NCBI GenBank assembly: GCA_902620425.1
Contig: CACNHX010000002.1
Location: 75,127 to 139,126, forward strand
Source of the DNA: an uncultured Alphaproteobacteria bacterium
GTDB taxonomy: Bacteria; Pseudomonadota; Alphaproteobacteria; HIMB59; GCA-002718135
Length of the DNA stretch: 64,000 bases
Reading direction: 5' to 3'
The notes below the pieces were generated by a model. The model ran no database searches. It was given only the letters and a program-made list of their open reading frames with translations, and was not told where the DNA came from. This document shows positions 43,549 through 53,448 of this stretch, piece by piece. Both the position numbers and the translations under genes were made by a program. Each line of letters opens with the position of its first letter. Position 1 is the stretch's first letter.

Positions 43549-45375
43549 ATGTCAGTTGTGAGTAATAGTAGAAGATTTAGACCCGAAAAGGTTGCGCCGT
43601 ATTTTTTTATATCGCCATTTTATATTATTTTTACAATTTTTTTTCTTTTACCTACCATAGCTTCTTTTATTTTAGCTTTTTACAAATGGAAAGGTGTAAA
43701 GGCTCCTAAACCTAGAGGGTGGGGAAACTTTGAATATTTATTTTTTAAAGACCAAAACTTTTGGGAAACTTTCCAGAATACAGTATTTTATTCTGCTGGC
43801 AGTGTGTTTATTACTATTCCCCTTGCTCTTTTATTAGCTCTTGCTCTTAATAGTCATAGTTTAAAACTAAAACCTTTTTGGCGTTTAGTATTTTTCTCAC
43901 CGATTGTTACTTCAGTTGTTGCAGCTGCATTAACTTTCAAGATGATATTAAATAGTGAATTTGGATTACTTAATTATGTAATTGGTTTTATTGGAATTGA
44001 ACCAGTCAATTGGGTTGAGTCATCAGCAACCTCAAAGTGGTCTGTCATGATGTTAGTAATATGGAGATGGACTGGTTTAACCTGTATTTATTTTTTAGCT
44101 GGACTACAATTTATAGATAGAACTTTGTATGAAGCTGCAAAAATTGATGGTGCAACGGCATGGCATCAATTCTGGTATGTTACTCTTCCACAATTAGCAC
44201 CAGTTACTCTTTTCGTTTGTATAATTGTTTCTATTGGCTCTTTTCAAATATTTGAAGATGTATTTGTTATGTATAGTGGAAATGATGTTCCAACTCACGC
44301 TAAATCAATGGTTGTATACATGATGGAAAGAGGTTTCAATCAACTTAAATTAGGTTTTGGTTCTTCTATTGGTGTATTTATGTTCATCTGTATTTTGGTT
44401 ATATCATTATTTCAATTTAGATCATTTGCATCAAATTTAGATCAGGATGCTAGAAAAAGTTTTATTGAGAGAATTTTATCTCCTATCATAGATTTTATTG
44501 CTAATATTTTTCCAATAGAATCTGCTACTTCTAGTAAAAAATCTTTATCTCCAAAAATTGGTAAATACTCATTAAATTTCATTATAACAATTATTGGCTT
44601 GATAACACTTATCCCTTACGCTTTCATGCTTACCTCTTCAGTTAAATCAACAGCAGAAATAATGGCATGGCCACCAATAATGTGGTCTAAAAGTCCTAAT
44701 TGGGAAAATGTAACAAAATTGTTTACTGAGTTTCCAGCAAGTTTGTGGATATTTAATTCCTTCTTTGTTGCGATTGCAGTTACAATTTTAACGATTTTTT
44801 TATGTACTTTAGCTGGGTATGCTTTTGCAAAATATAATTTTAAAGGAAAAAATAAACTTTTCATATTTATGGTAGCAACTGCAATGATACCTTTCCCAAT
44901 TATAATGATCCCTCTTTACGTTTTAGTGGGGAGAATGGGAATGAATGATACTTTATCGGGATTAATCATTCCTTTTATTGCTCCTGCCATAGGAATTTTT
45001 ATGATGAGACAATTCATAACTTCTGTTCCTGATGAATTAATTCAAGCAGCAAGATCAGATGGTGCTGGTGAGTTTAGAATTTTTTGGCAAATAATTGTCC
45101 CACTTGTTTGGCCTGGTATTGCCACTCTAGCAATAATTACATTTGTTAATTCTTGGAACAGTTTCTTATGGCCTCTTATAATTTTAAGAGATGATCTTAA
45201 TTATACCATTCCTCTTGGTATGACAGAAGTATTTGCGTTAAGTGTTGGTCAGGAACCACAGTATGGACAAGCTATGGCTTTTGCAACCTTAACAACAATT
45301 CCAATTATATTCATTTTTTCTTTTGTTCAAAAATATTACATTGCTGGCTTATCAGCAGGAGCAGTTAAAGGTTAG
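43549..45375 (+). CDS. Fused double carbohydrate ABC permease (MalF-type plus MalG-type)
   Basis: Two EAA loops (LYEAAKIDGA, LIQAARSDGA) in one continuous 608-aa frame. Confidence 0.88.
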   Translation: MSVVSNSRRFRPEKVAPYFFISPFYIIFTIFFLLPTIASFILAFYKWKGVKAPKPRGWGNFEYLFFKDQNFWETFQNTVFYSAGSVFITIPLALLLALALNSHSLKLKPFWRLVFFSPIVTSVVAAALTFKMILNSEFGLLNYVIGFIGIEPVNWVESSATSKWSVMMLVIWRWTGLTCIYFLAGLQFIDRTLYEAAKIDGATAWHQFWYVTLPQLAPVTLFVCIIVSIGSFQIFEDVFVMYSGNDVPTHAKSMVVYMMERGFNQLKLGFGSSIGVFMFICILVISLFQFRSFASNLDQDARKSFIERILSPIIDFIANIFPIESATSSKKSLSPKIGKYSLNFIITIIGLITLIPYAFMLTSSVKSTAEIMAWPPIMWSKSPNWENVTKLFTEFPASLWIFNSFFVAIAVTILTIFLCTLAGYAFAKYNFKGKNKLFIFMVATAMIPFPIIMIPLYVLVGRMGMNDTLSGLIIPFIAPAIGIFMMRQFITSVPDELIQAARSDGAGEFRIFWQIIVPLVWPGIATLAIITFVNSWNSFLWPLIILRDDLNYTIPLGMTEVFALSVGQEPQYGQAMAFATLTTIPIIFIFSFVQKYYIAGLSAGAVKG

Positions 45376-45376
45376 T

Positions 45377-46420
45377 ATGGAAAAAATTAAATGGGGCATA
45401 ATTGGTCCTGGAAGTATAGCAAATAATTTTGCAGATGGACTTAAAGGATCATACTCTGGTCAACTGGTAAGTATAGCAAGTAAAAATGATGATCGCCGAA
45501 AAAGCTTTGGTGATAAATACGATATTCATCCTGATTTTAGATTTGAAAATTATGATGATATTATAAATTCAGAACATATTGATGCTATTTATATTTCGAC
45601 ACCACATACTCTACATGCTGAATGGACAATAAAAGCTGCAGGAAAAGGAAAGCATGTTCTTTGCGAAAAACCAGGAGCTGTAAATTTAATTGAAGGTAAA
45701 AAAATTATAGAGGCTGTAAAAGAAGCTGGAGTTTTTTATATGGAAGGTTTTATGTATCGATGTCATCCTCAAATTCCAAAACTTTTAGAAGTAATAAAAA
45801 ATAAAACGATAGGCAATATCACATCTATTGAAGCTTCTTTTGGTTTTGATATGGGTAAAACAATACCAGATCACAGATTATTTAATAAAAATTTAGCTGG
45901 TGGAGGTATCCTTGATGTTGGGTTATATCCTATTTCTTTTTCTAGACTTATTGCAGGCGTCGCAACTGGGGAAAAATTTTTAGAACCTAATTTTATAAAT
46001 GCTGAAGCGAGAATAGGGGAAACAGGGGTAGATGAAGTTGCACATGCAAATTTAGAATTTAAAAATGGTATCAAAGCTAAAGTCTCAACTGCAATTATGG
46101 AAAGTATGAAAAACAATGCAGTTATCTCAGGATCGGATGGCAAAATTGAGTTGCCAGATCCATGGATGCCTGGAAGAGAAGGCGGCCCATATCATGCTAA
46201 AATAATTATTACAAAAAACGGTAATGAAGAAATTATAGATGTTAAAGGACCAGAGCATTTGTTTTTCTTCGAAGGAGAGCTTGCAAGTCAATGTATTGCA
46301 AAAGAAAAAACACAACCACCTCATCCAGCAATGACTTGGGAAGATACATTAGGTAATCTTCAAGCTCTTGATACATGGAGAGAGAAAGTAAATTATAAAC
46401 TACCACAGGATGAAATATGA
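45377..46420 (+). CDS. Gfo/Idh/MocA oxidoreductase
   Basis: Start moved to MEKIKWGIIGPGSIA; YISTPH..H, HVLCEKP, GGGILDVG.Y. Confidence 0.9.
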   Translation: MEKIKWGIIGPGSIANNFADGLKGSYSGQLVSIASKNDDRRKSFGDKYDIHPDFRFENYDDIINSEHIDAIYISTPHTLHAEWTIKAAGKGKHVLCEKPGAVNLIEGKKIIEAVKEAGVFYMEGFMYRCHPQIPKLLEVIKNKTIGNITSIEASFGFDMGKTIPDHRLFNKNLAGGGILDVGLYPISFSRLIAGVATGEKFLEPNFINAEARIGETGVDEVAHANLEFKNGIKAKVSTAIMESMKNNAVISGSDGKIELPDPWMPGREGGPYHAKIIITKNGNEEIIDVKGPEHLFFFEGELASQCIAKEKTQPPHPAMTWEDTLGNLQALDTWREKVNYKLPQDEI

Positions 46421-47373
46421 AATATGATAGAATAGAAGGAATAGATAAAGACATATCCAAACTTGTCATGGGATGTGATAACCAAGATGATATAAACGAA
46501 GCTTCAAGGTTATGGGATCATTGGATTGAAGTCGGTGGTAATATGTTTGATACGGCATTCATTTATGGCGGGGGTAATCACGAAAAAGTTTTAGGACAAT
46601 GGTTAAAAAACAACAATAATAGAAAAGATGTTTTAATACTTGGCAAAGGTGCTCACACGCCTGATTGCAATCCTGAAGCTATTTCAAAACAATTAACAAT
46701 TTCTCTTGAAAGAATGAATACTGATTATGTTGACATCTATATTATGCACCGAGATAATACCGATTATTCTGTTGAAGAATTTATGGATGTTTTAAATGAA
46801 GAGAAAGAAAAAGGTAGAATAAAAATATTTGGAGGCTCAAACTGGACCATTGAAAGATTTAAAGAAGGAAATGAATGGGCACAAAAAAATAATAAACAAG
46901 AAATGTCTATACTTAATAATAATTTAGCTCTTGCTAAAATGATTAAACCTTTATGGAATGGTTGCTTATCTTCTAACACTAATGATACATTAGAATATTT
47001 AAATTCATCTCAGAAATCCCATATGTCATGGTCTAGTCAAGCAAGAGGATATTTTTTACCAGATGATATTACAAAAGAAATTGAAGACAAAATTACAAAA
47101 GCGGAAACATACAGAGCGCCTGGTGAAAATTCTAGTGGCCCTATCAGCTGCTATGATAGTGAAGATAATAGAGAAAGAAAAAAAAGAGCAATAGAATTAG
47201 CAGAAAAAAAAGGATGTTCTGCTCATAATATTGCAGCTAGCTGGACTATCAATCAATCTTTTCCTTCATTTGCATTAATTGGACCAAGAACTATTAATGA
47301 GCTTGATACAACATTACCTTGTTTAGATATAGAGTTAACAAAAGAGGAAATTAATTGGTTAAACTTATCTTAG
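46417..47373 (+). CDS. Aldo/keto reductase
   Basis: FDTAFIY (D/Y), GK, SLERM.TDYVD...MHRD, FGGSNW. Confidence 0.88.
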   Translation: MKYDRIEGIDKDISKLVMGCDNQDDINEASRLWDHWIEVGGNMFDTAFIYGGGNHEKVLGQWLKNNNNRKDVLILGKGAHTPDCNPEAISKQLTISLERMNTDYVDIYIMHRDNTDYSVEEFMDVLNEEKEKGRIKIFGGSNWTIERFKEGNEWAQKNNKQEMSILNNNLALAKMIKPLWNGCLSSNTNDTLEYLNSSQKSHMSWSSQARGYFLPDDITKEIEDKITKAETYRAPGENSSGPISCYDSEDNRERKKRAIELAEKKGCSAHNIAASWTINQSFPSFALIGPRTINELDTTLPCLDIELTKEEINWLNLS

Positions 47374-48402
47374 TTTAGACTTTTTGATTCTATCACTCGT
47401 TCCTTCATTTAATATTGGCTCAATCAAAGTTGATACTTTACGAATTGGTATGTCTTGATCTAAATCCTGTAACATTTTTACAGAACGTTTTCCCATTTCC
47501 ATTAGCGGGTGAGAAATATATGTAAGATTTTGCGAGCTTAAATAACTATCTTGATCGTTAAATCCTACTACTGAAATATCTTGACCAATATTCAGTTTTA
47601 AATCCTGACACTTCAACAAACACCCTGTAAAAAAACGAAGATGTGAACAAATTATAGCTGTAGGAGGTTTTTTTAAACCTAATAAATAACTTGTTAAAGC
47701 TGATCCTGATTCAACTGTTTCAATTAAACTATCTTGATAATATTCTTTAGAAAATTGAAGTTGTAAATTCCTTACTGAATTTTCATAAGCAACTTTTCTT
47801 TGAGCTCCATAATTAAAACTTCGATGGACATTAATAAACGCAATTCTTTTATGACCATTATTTGATAGTTTATTCATCAGAAGTTCTATGCTTTTGTTGT
47901 TATCCAAATCTATCCACGCATGGTCTTTCTGTTTATTTGTTCTGCCCCAAGTTACAAATTTAATATTTCTTTCATTCAAGAAAGTAACTCTTTCATCATT
48001 TTTTTTTATCTTATAAAAAATAAATTTATCTGCTTGTTCTGTAGAAATAAGTCTCTTGAAATAATTCATTTCTTCGTCTTCATTTAAGCAAAACTTTGTA
48101 ATTAATTCAGTATTAGTATTCTTTATTCCTAGAGTAATTCCTGCAAGAAACTGCAAAACAACATGATCAGGTGCGTCAGGATCAATAGATGATATAAAGG
48201 CAATTGTATCAGTTTTTTTTGATGCCAATCTTCTTGCATTCAAGTCAGGAAAGTATTTGTATTTTTTTGCAGTTTTAAAAACTTTATCCTTAGTTTGCTG
48301 TGATATATTGTCATATCCATTTAGTGCTCTAGAAACAGAACTTACAGATAAACCAAGTTTTTGGGCCAATCCTTTTATATTTATTTTTTTATTTTTTCTC
48401 AT
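47365..48402 (-). CDS. LacI-family transcriptional regulator
   Basis: IK.LA..LGLS.SSVSRALNG HTH, Y.P...ARRL, PTAI, SVVGF.D. Confidence 0.92.
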   Translation of the reverse strand: MRKNKKINIKGLAQKLGLSVSSVSRALNGYDNISQQTKDKVFKTAKKYKYFPDLNARRLASKKTDTIAFISSIDPDAPDHVVLQFLAGITLGIKNTNTELITKFCLNEDEEMNYFKRLISTEQADKFIFYKIKKNDERVTFLNERNIKFVTWGRTNKQKDHAWIDLDNNKSIELLMNKLSNNGHKRIAFINVHRSFNYGAQRKVAYENSVRNLQLQFSKEYYQDSLIETVESGSALTSYLLGLKKPPTAIICSHLRFFTGCLLKCQDLKLNIGQDISVVGFNDQDSYLSSQNLTYISHPLMEMGKRSVKMLQDLDQDIPIRKVSTLIEPILNEGTSDRIKKSKLR

Positions 48403-48448
48403 TTTGTAAGATTAGCTTTTCATAATTAAAAATTATTAGTCTTACAAG

Positions 48449-48490
48449 TAAAACGTTTTATTGACTTGATTAGTAAAACGTTTTACTAAT
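48449..48490. promoter_or_regulatory. Tandem LacI-type operators flanking a -35 box
   Basis: TAAAACGTTTTA (48449-48460), TTGACT (48461-48466) and a perfect 22-bp palindrome ATTAGTAAAACGTTTTACTAAT (48469-48490) in the divergent promoter. Confidence 0.85.
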
Positions 48491-48516
48491 TATCAAACTA
48501 TTAAGGGAGGAAAATA

Positions 48517-49761
48517 ATGAAAAAATTTTTTTCAATTTTACTTACGTTATTTATACCCCTATCTTTTACTAACGCTTCCAAAGCTGGTGGTCACATGGAA
48601 GCTGAAGTTATTCACTGGTGGGTATCTGGTGGAGAGCAAGCTGCAATATCAAAATTTGCTGAAGCTTGGAAAGATATGGGTGGTACTTGGATTGATACTG
48701 CTATTACAGGTGGTGATAATGCAAGAGGAACTACTGTAAACAGAATTATAGGAGGAAACCCTCCAACTGCAGCTCAGTTCAATATTTCTAAACAGTTTGT
48801 TGATTTAGTTGAACAAGGACAACTTCAATCATTAGAAGAAGTTGCATCCGCTGAAGGATGGAGAGATTTTATCTATCCACCTGAACTAATTGAGACATGT
48901 GAATTTGAAGGTGAATTCTACTGTGTACCTGTAAATATTCATAGTGCTCAATGGATGTGGATTAACAATGAAGTTTTTGAAAAAGCTGGTGTACCAAAAC
49001 CAAATACTATTCAAGATTTTATTGCTGTTGCGCCACAAATTCAAGATGCTGGATTTATACCACTAGCTTTAGGAGGTCAGCCTTGGCAAGAAGGTCTAAT
49101 GTTTGATGTTGTAGCATCTTCTACATTAGGTTTTCCTCACATGGCTAAACTTTATAGAGATAAAGATGTTGAAGCATTTAGAGATGGTAAGATGGAAATG
49201 GTTTTACAAACTTACAGAGATCTAAATAAGTTCATTGATGAAGGTGCTCCTGGCAGACTTTGGAATGATGCGACAGCAATGGTTGTAGAAGGAAAAGCTG
49301 CAATGCAAATCATGGGTGATTGGGCTCGAGGTGAGTTTGCGGTAGCAGGAAAAGAAGCAAAAGTAGATTACGATTGTGTAATTCCTGGTAAAGAAAAATA
49401 CGTTGCTCTTGGTGGTGATGTATTTGTATTTCCAAAAAATTCAGATCCAAAAGTTAAAGAAATTCAGCTAAAAATGGCAAGTATGATGGTAAATCCTACT
49501 GTTCAAGCTAACTTTAATAACGCAAAAGGATCACTTCCAATGAGATTGGATGTTGATACTTCAGCTGCTGATGCTTGTATGCAAATGGGTCTTGAATTAA
49601 TTCAACAACCTAGCGCAATAATGAGAGAAAATGATGACTGGAATAGCCCAGCCTTCACTTCTGCTTGGGAAGATATTATTTCTGAATTTAGAAATGATCC
49701 TAATTACTCTGTTAGTGCTGCTATGGACGATTTAGAAGCTGTTTTAACAAGCGGATTATAG
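48517..49761 (+). CDS. Carbohydrate ABC substrate-binding protein (glucose-binding GtsA-like)
   Basis: EVIHWW.SGGE, GG.W.D, PVNIHS..W.W.N, MQIMGDWA.GEF; GGAGG SD. Confidence 0.85.
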   Translation: MKKFFSILLTLFIPLSFTNASKAGGHMEAEVIHWWVSGGEQAAISKFAEAWKDMGGTWIDTAITGGDNARGTTVNRIIGGNPPTAAQFNISKQFVDLVEQGQLQSLEEVASAEGWRDFIYPPELIETCEFEGEFYCVPVNIHSAQWMWINNEVFEKAGVPKPNTIQDFIAVAPQIQDAGFIPLALGGQPWQEGLMFDVVASSTLGFPHMAKLYRDKDVEAFRDGKMEMVLQTYRDLNKFIDEGAPGRLWNDATAMVVEGKAAMQIMGDWARGEFAVAGKEAKVDYDCVIPGKEKYVALGGDVFVFPKNSDPKVKEIQLKMASMMVNPTVQANFNNAKGSLPMRLDVDTSAADACMQMGLELIQQPSAIMRENDDWNSPAFTSAWEDIISEFRNDPNYSVSAAMDDLEAVLTSGL

Positions 49762-49773
49762 TATAACTTTTAT

Positions 49774-49797
49774 TAAGGCAGGATTTATCCTGCCTTA
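49774..49797 (+). terminator. Hairpin after SBP gene (no clear T-tract; possibly mRNA-stabilising)
   Basis: TAAGGCAGGA-TTTA-TCCTGCCTTA. Confidence 0.65.
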
Positions 49798-49821
49798 GTT
49801 AACTTGCTTTTTAAATTTCCA

Positions 49822-50703
49822 ATGTATTATTTAACAAAAAACTTGGCATCTAAAATCTCTTTACTGCCAATGATAATTATTTCTTTAACCGTATTTGTTG
49901 GATGTATTATATATTCATTTATTTACTCATTAACTGGATCAAAACTTATTCCCGCTTTAAATTATGTAGGTTTTCAACAATACGAGAGGTTATTTAAAAG
50001 TAGAAAGTGGGATGTAGCTGTAGAAAATATATTTATTTACGGTTTTGTCTTTACAATTGGATGTTTAGTAATTGGTTTTTTATTAGCTGTATTAATAGAT
50101 CAAAAAATTCGAGGTGAGAGTTTATTTAGAACAATTTTTTTATACCCATACGCAATGTCTTTTGTTGTAACTGGGTTAGTATGGAAGTGGGTTTTGAATC
50201 CTACTTTTGGACTTGAGCATTCAATGCACCTATGGGGATTTGATTGGTTTAAACTTGACTGGTTAGTTAATAGAGAATTAGCAATTTATGCAGTTTGTAT
50301 TGCAGCAGTATGGCAAGGCGCAGGTTTTGTTATGGTTCTTATGCTTGCAGGATTAAGAGGAATTGATGAAGATATTTGGAAATCACTTAGTATTGAAGGT
50401 ATTCCAAAATGGAGATCATATTTATTTGTAATACTTCCTATGATAAGACCAATGGTTGTAACATCCATAGTCTTAATCGCTGCAGGAGTCGTAAAAGTTT
50501 ACGATTTAATTTTAGCATTAACATCAGGCGGACCTGGTTACGCAACTACAACCCCGGCTATGTATGTTATGGAGAATTTTTTTAGTAGAGCAAATTTAGG
50601 CCAAGCTTTTGCTGCATCAATTATCATGTTTATTAGTGTTGTTTGTATCCTTGCTCCCTGGGCATACTATGAATTTTATTTTAGGAATAAGGAAGCAAAA
50701 TAG
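49822..50703 (+). CDS. Carbohydrate ABC permease (GtsB-like)
   Basis: FRTIFLYP.A.SFVVTG..W, LAGLRGID; start ATG 49822 or TTG 49804. Confidence 0.88.
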   Translation: MYYLTKNLASKISLLPMIIISLTVFVGCIIYSFIYSLTGSKLIPALNYVGFQQYERLFKSRKWDVAVENIFIYGFVFTIGCLVIGFLLAVLIDQKIRGESLFRTIFLYPYAMSFVVTGLVWKWVLNPTFGLEHSMHLWGFDWFKLDWLVNRELAIYAVCIAAVWQGAGFVMVLMLAGLRGIDEDIWKSLSIEGIPKWRSYLFVILPMIRPMVVTSIVLIAAGVVKVYDLILALTSGGPGYATTTPAMYVMENFFSRANLGQAFAASIIMFISVVCILAPWAYYEFYFRNKEAK

Positions 50704-51599
50704 TGAATATTAATTCCAATAATTTTCAACCAAATGGACCGCGACCAAAACATTTAACTATAGGAAGAATAGGGATGTATGGTTTTATTTTTATGTGCGC
50801 TTTATTTTTTCTTATGCCTTTATACGTCATGATTGTAACATCACTAAAAGACATGGATGAAATTAGATCTGAAAATTTATTATATATTCCAAAAGCTCTC
50901 AGTTTTTATGCTTGGCCAAAAGCTTGGTCGGAAGCTTGTACGGGTTTTGTCTGTGAAGGTTTAAAACCAGGTTTAATTAATTCAATTAAAATTACTATTC
51001 CTAGTGTCATAGTATCTGTTTCACTTGGTGCATTGAATGGATATGCTCTGGCATTTTGGCGATTTAAAGGAGCTTATTTTTTCTTTGGCCTTTGTCTTTT
51101 TGGAGCATTTATTCCTTATCAAGTAATGGTATATCCTTTGTTAAAGATTGAGAGTGCAATTGGCATTTACTCTTCTTTGCCAGGAATAATTCTTGTTCAT
51201 ACTATTTTTGGTATGCCAATACTAACACTAATATTTAGAAATTTTTATGCTAGTCTTCCAATAGATCTTTTTAAAGCAGCCAGAATAGATGGTGGTAATT
51301 TTATAAAAATATTTTTCTATGTAATAATTCCAATGTCTACTCCTATAACTATCGTAGCTGTTATTCTTCAAGTTACGGGAATTTGGAATGATTTTCTTCT
51401 TGGGTTAGTTTTTGCCGGCAGAGATAATCAACCAATGACAGTTCAATTAAATAACATTGTTCAAGTAGATTACGGTGTAGCAGAGTACAATGTAGATATG
51501 GCTGCAACAATTTTAACTTCTCTAGTACCTCTTTTTGTATACTTTATTTCTGGAAGATGGTTTGTGCGTGGAATAGCAGCTGGGGCAATAAAGGGGTGA
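50703..51599 (+). CDS. Carbohydrate ABC permease (GtsC-like)
   Basis: LFKAARIDG, WNDFL.G, GRWFVRGI.AGA.KG; GTG start. Confidence 0.88.
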   Translation: MNINSNNFQPNGPRPKHLTIGRIGMYGFIFMCALFFLMPLYVMIVTSLKDMDEIRSENLLYIPKALSFYAWPKAWSEACTGFVCEGLKPGLINSIKITIPSVIVSVSLGALNGYALAFWRFKGAYFFFGLCLFGAFIPYQVMVYPLLKIESAIGIYSSLPGIILVHTIFGMPILTLIFRNFYASLPIDLFKAARIDGGNFIKIFFYVIIPMSTPITIVAVILQVTGIWNDFLLGLVFAGRDNQPMTVQLNNIVQVDYGVAEYNVDMAATILTSLVPLFVYFISGRWFVRGIAAGAIKG

Positions 51600-51601
51600 T
51601 T

Positions 51602-52675
51602 ATGAAAAATAGTGTTGAGGTAAAAAATATATCCTTCAGTTATGGAAAAACTGAAATATTAAATGATTTAAGTCTTGATATTAAAGAAGGTGAATTTATG
51701 GTTTTGCTAGGGCCATCAGGTTGCGGAAAAACTACTTTGTTAAACTGTATAGCTGGTCTTTTGGATTTAACGGATGGACAGATTTGGATTGAAGATGATA
51801 ACGTAACATGGAAAGAGCCAAAAGATAGGCACATAGGAATGGTGTTTCAGTCCTACGCCTTATATCCAAGTATGACTGTTGAGAAGAATTTGTCATTTGG
51901 TTTAAGGATGATGGGAACTGCTAAAAAAATTATAGATGAAAAAATAGAAAAAGCAGCAAATCTTTTACAAATAAATGAATTACTTAAAAGAAAACCATCT
52001 CAACTATCAGGAGGTCAAAGACAACGTGTTGCAATAGGAAGAGCTTTAGTAAGAGATGCAAAAGTTTTTTTATTTGATGAACCATTGAGTAATCTAGATG
52101 CAAAATTAAGAGCCGAATTACGTTATGAAATTAAAAAACTTCATAGAGATTTATCCAATACCATGATTTATGTAACCCATGATCAAATTGAAGCAATGAC
52201 ACTTGCTGATCGTATATCTGTTATGAAAGATGGTTTAATACAACAATTAGATACGCCTAAACAAATTTACAATAAACCAGCTAATTTGTTTGTAGCTGGA
52301 TTTATTGGATCTCCGAGCATGAATTTTTTAAATGCTAAATTTGATAAATCAAATCAAAATTTAATTATTGGAAAACGACATATTAATATTTCTAAATATG
52401 AAAATACTAATGATTTGATTGATGATCAACAAGTAGTATTTGGTATAAGGCCTGAAAATATAATTATAGATAAAAACGAAAATTCTATTTTATGTAAAGT
52501 TGAATTAGTAGAGCCCATGGGTGCTGATACTTTAGTTTGGACTAGTATTGAGGGTACACCGATATCAATTAGATTAGAAGGCAGTTCAAATTACAATTTA
52601 AATGATGAAATAAATATCTCTTTTGATATAAATAAATCTTCAATATTTGATAGTAAATCTGAGGAGAGAATCTAA
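51602..52675 (+). CDS. MalK/MsmK-type sugar ABC ATPase
   Basis: Start moved to MKNSVEV; GPSGCGKT, VFQSYALYP, LSGGQRQR, FDEPLSNLDA, YVTHDQ. Confidence 0.95.
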   Translation: MKNSVEVKNISFSYGKTEILNDLSLDIKEGEFMVLLGPSGCGKTTLLNCIAGLLDLTDGQIWIEDDNVTWKEPKDRHIGMVFQSYALYPSMTVEKNLSFGLRMMGTAKKIIDEKIEKAANLLQINELLKRKPSQLSGGQRQRVAIGRALVRDAKVFLFDEPLSNLDAKLRAELRYEIKKLHRDLSNTMIYVTHDQIEAMTLADRISVMKDGLIQQLDTPKQIYNKPANLFVAGFIGSPSMNFLNAKFDKSNQNLIIGKRHINISKYENTNDLIDDQQVVFGIRPENIIIDKNENSILCKVELVEPMGADTLVWTSIEGTPISIRLEGSSNYNLNDEINISFDINKSSIFDSKSEERI

Positions 52676-53448
52676 TGAACAGAAATGATGTATCTATGCA
52701 ATTATATACTACAAGAAAATTTCAACCTTATGAGCCAATTTTTAAATTCTTATCTGAGTCTGGAATTAAAAATATTGAATTATTTGATTTAGATAAAATT
52801 AATTTAGATAATTTTAAATCCATGATGGATGATAACGATATTTCTATAAAATCATCACACATAAGCTTTCAAGCTATAACAGATACTGATGAAACAATCA
52901 GAAGGATGAAATATCTTAATATAAAACATGCAATAGTCCCATCTGTACCAGAAAAATTCAATAAAGATTTTGCTTCAAATTTTGATCTTGATGAAGATAC
53001 TTGGAATAGTTTTGGGAAAGATTTATCTTCATATGTTCAAATTTATGAAGATAATGGATTAACACTTGGATATCATAATCACTCTTTTGAATTTAGACCT
53101 CTACCTAGTGGAAAACTTCCAATTGAGTGTATGATGGATCATAATGAAAATCTTAAAATGGAATTAGATCTTGGTTGGGCAGTTGCTGGAAAGGCTAATC
53201 CACTTGATTGGATAGAAAAATATAAAAATAAAATTGTTGGCTGTCATTTGAAAGATTTTTATGATCAAACTAAAAATTTATTAGAACATGATCAGCAATC
53301 TGCAGTAGGAGAGGGTTTCATTGATTGGCCAAAACTAATTTCAGAAGTTAAAAAAACACCATGTGAGGTATTTGTTTTAGAGCACGATGATCCAAAGGAT
53401 TATAAAGAATACACGACCAAGTCTTTAGAATATTTAGAAACAATTTAA
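52675..53448 (+). CDS. Sugar phosphate isomerase/epimerase (xylose-isomerase-like TIM barrel)
   Basis: QLYT.R, YHNH.FEF, ELD.GW, HLKD, G.G.IDW, LEHD metal ligands. Confidence 0.85.
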   Translation: MNRNDVSMQLYTTRKFQPYEPIFKFLSESGIKNIELFDLDKINLDNFKSMMDDNDISIKSSHISFQAITDTDETIRRMKYLNIKHAIVPSVPEKFNKDFASNFDLDEDTWNSFGKDLSSYVQIYEDNGLTLGYHNHSFEFRPLPSGKLPIECMMDHNENLKMELDLGWAVAGKANPLDWIEKYKNKIVGCHLKDFYDQTKNLLEHDQQSAVGEGFIDWPKLISEVKKTPCEVFVLEHDDPKDYKEYTTKSLEYLETI

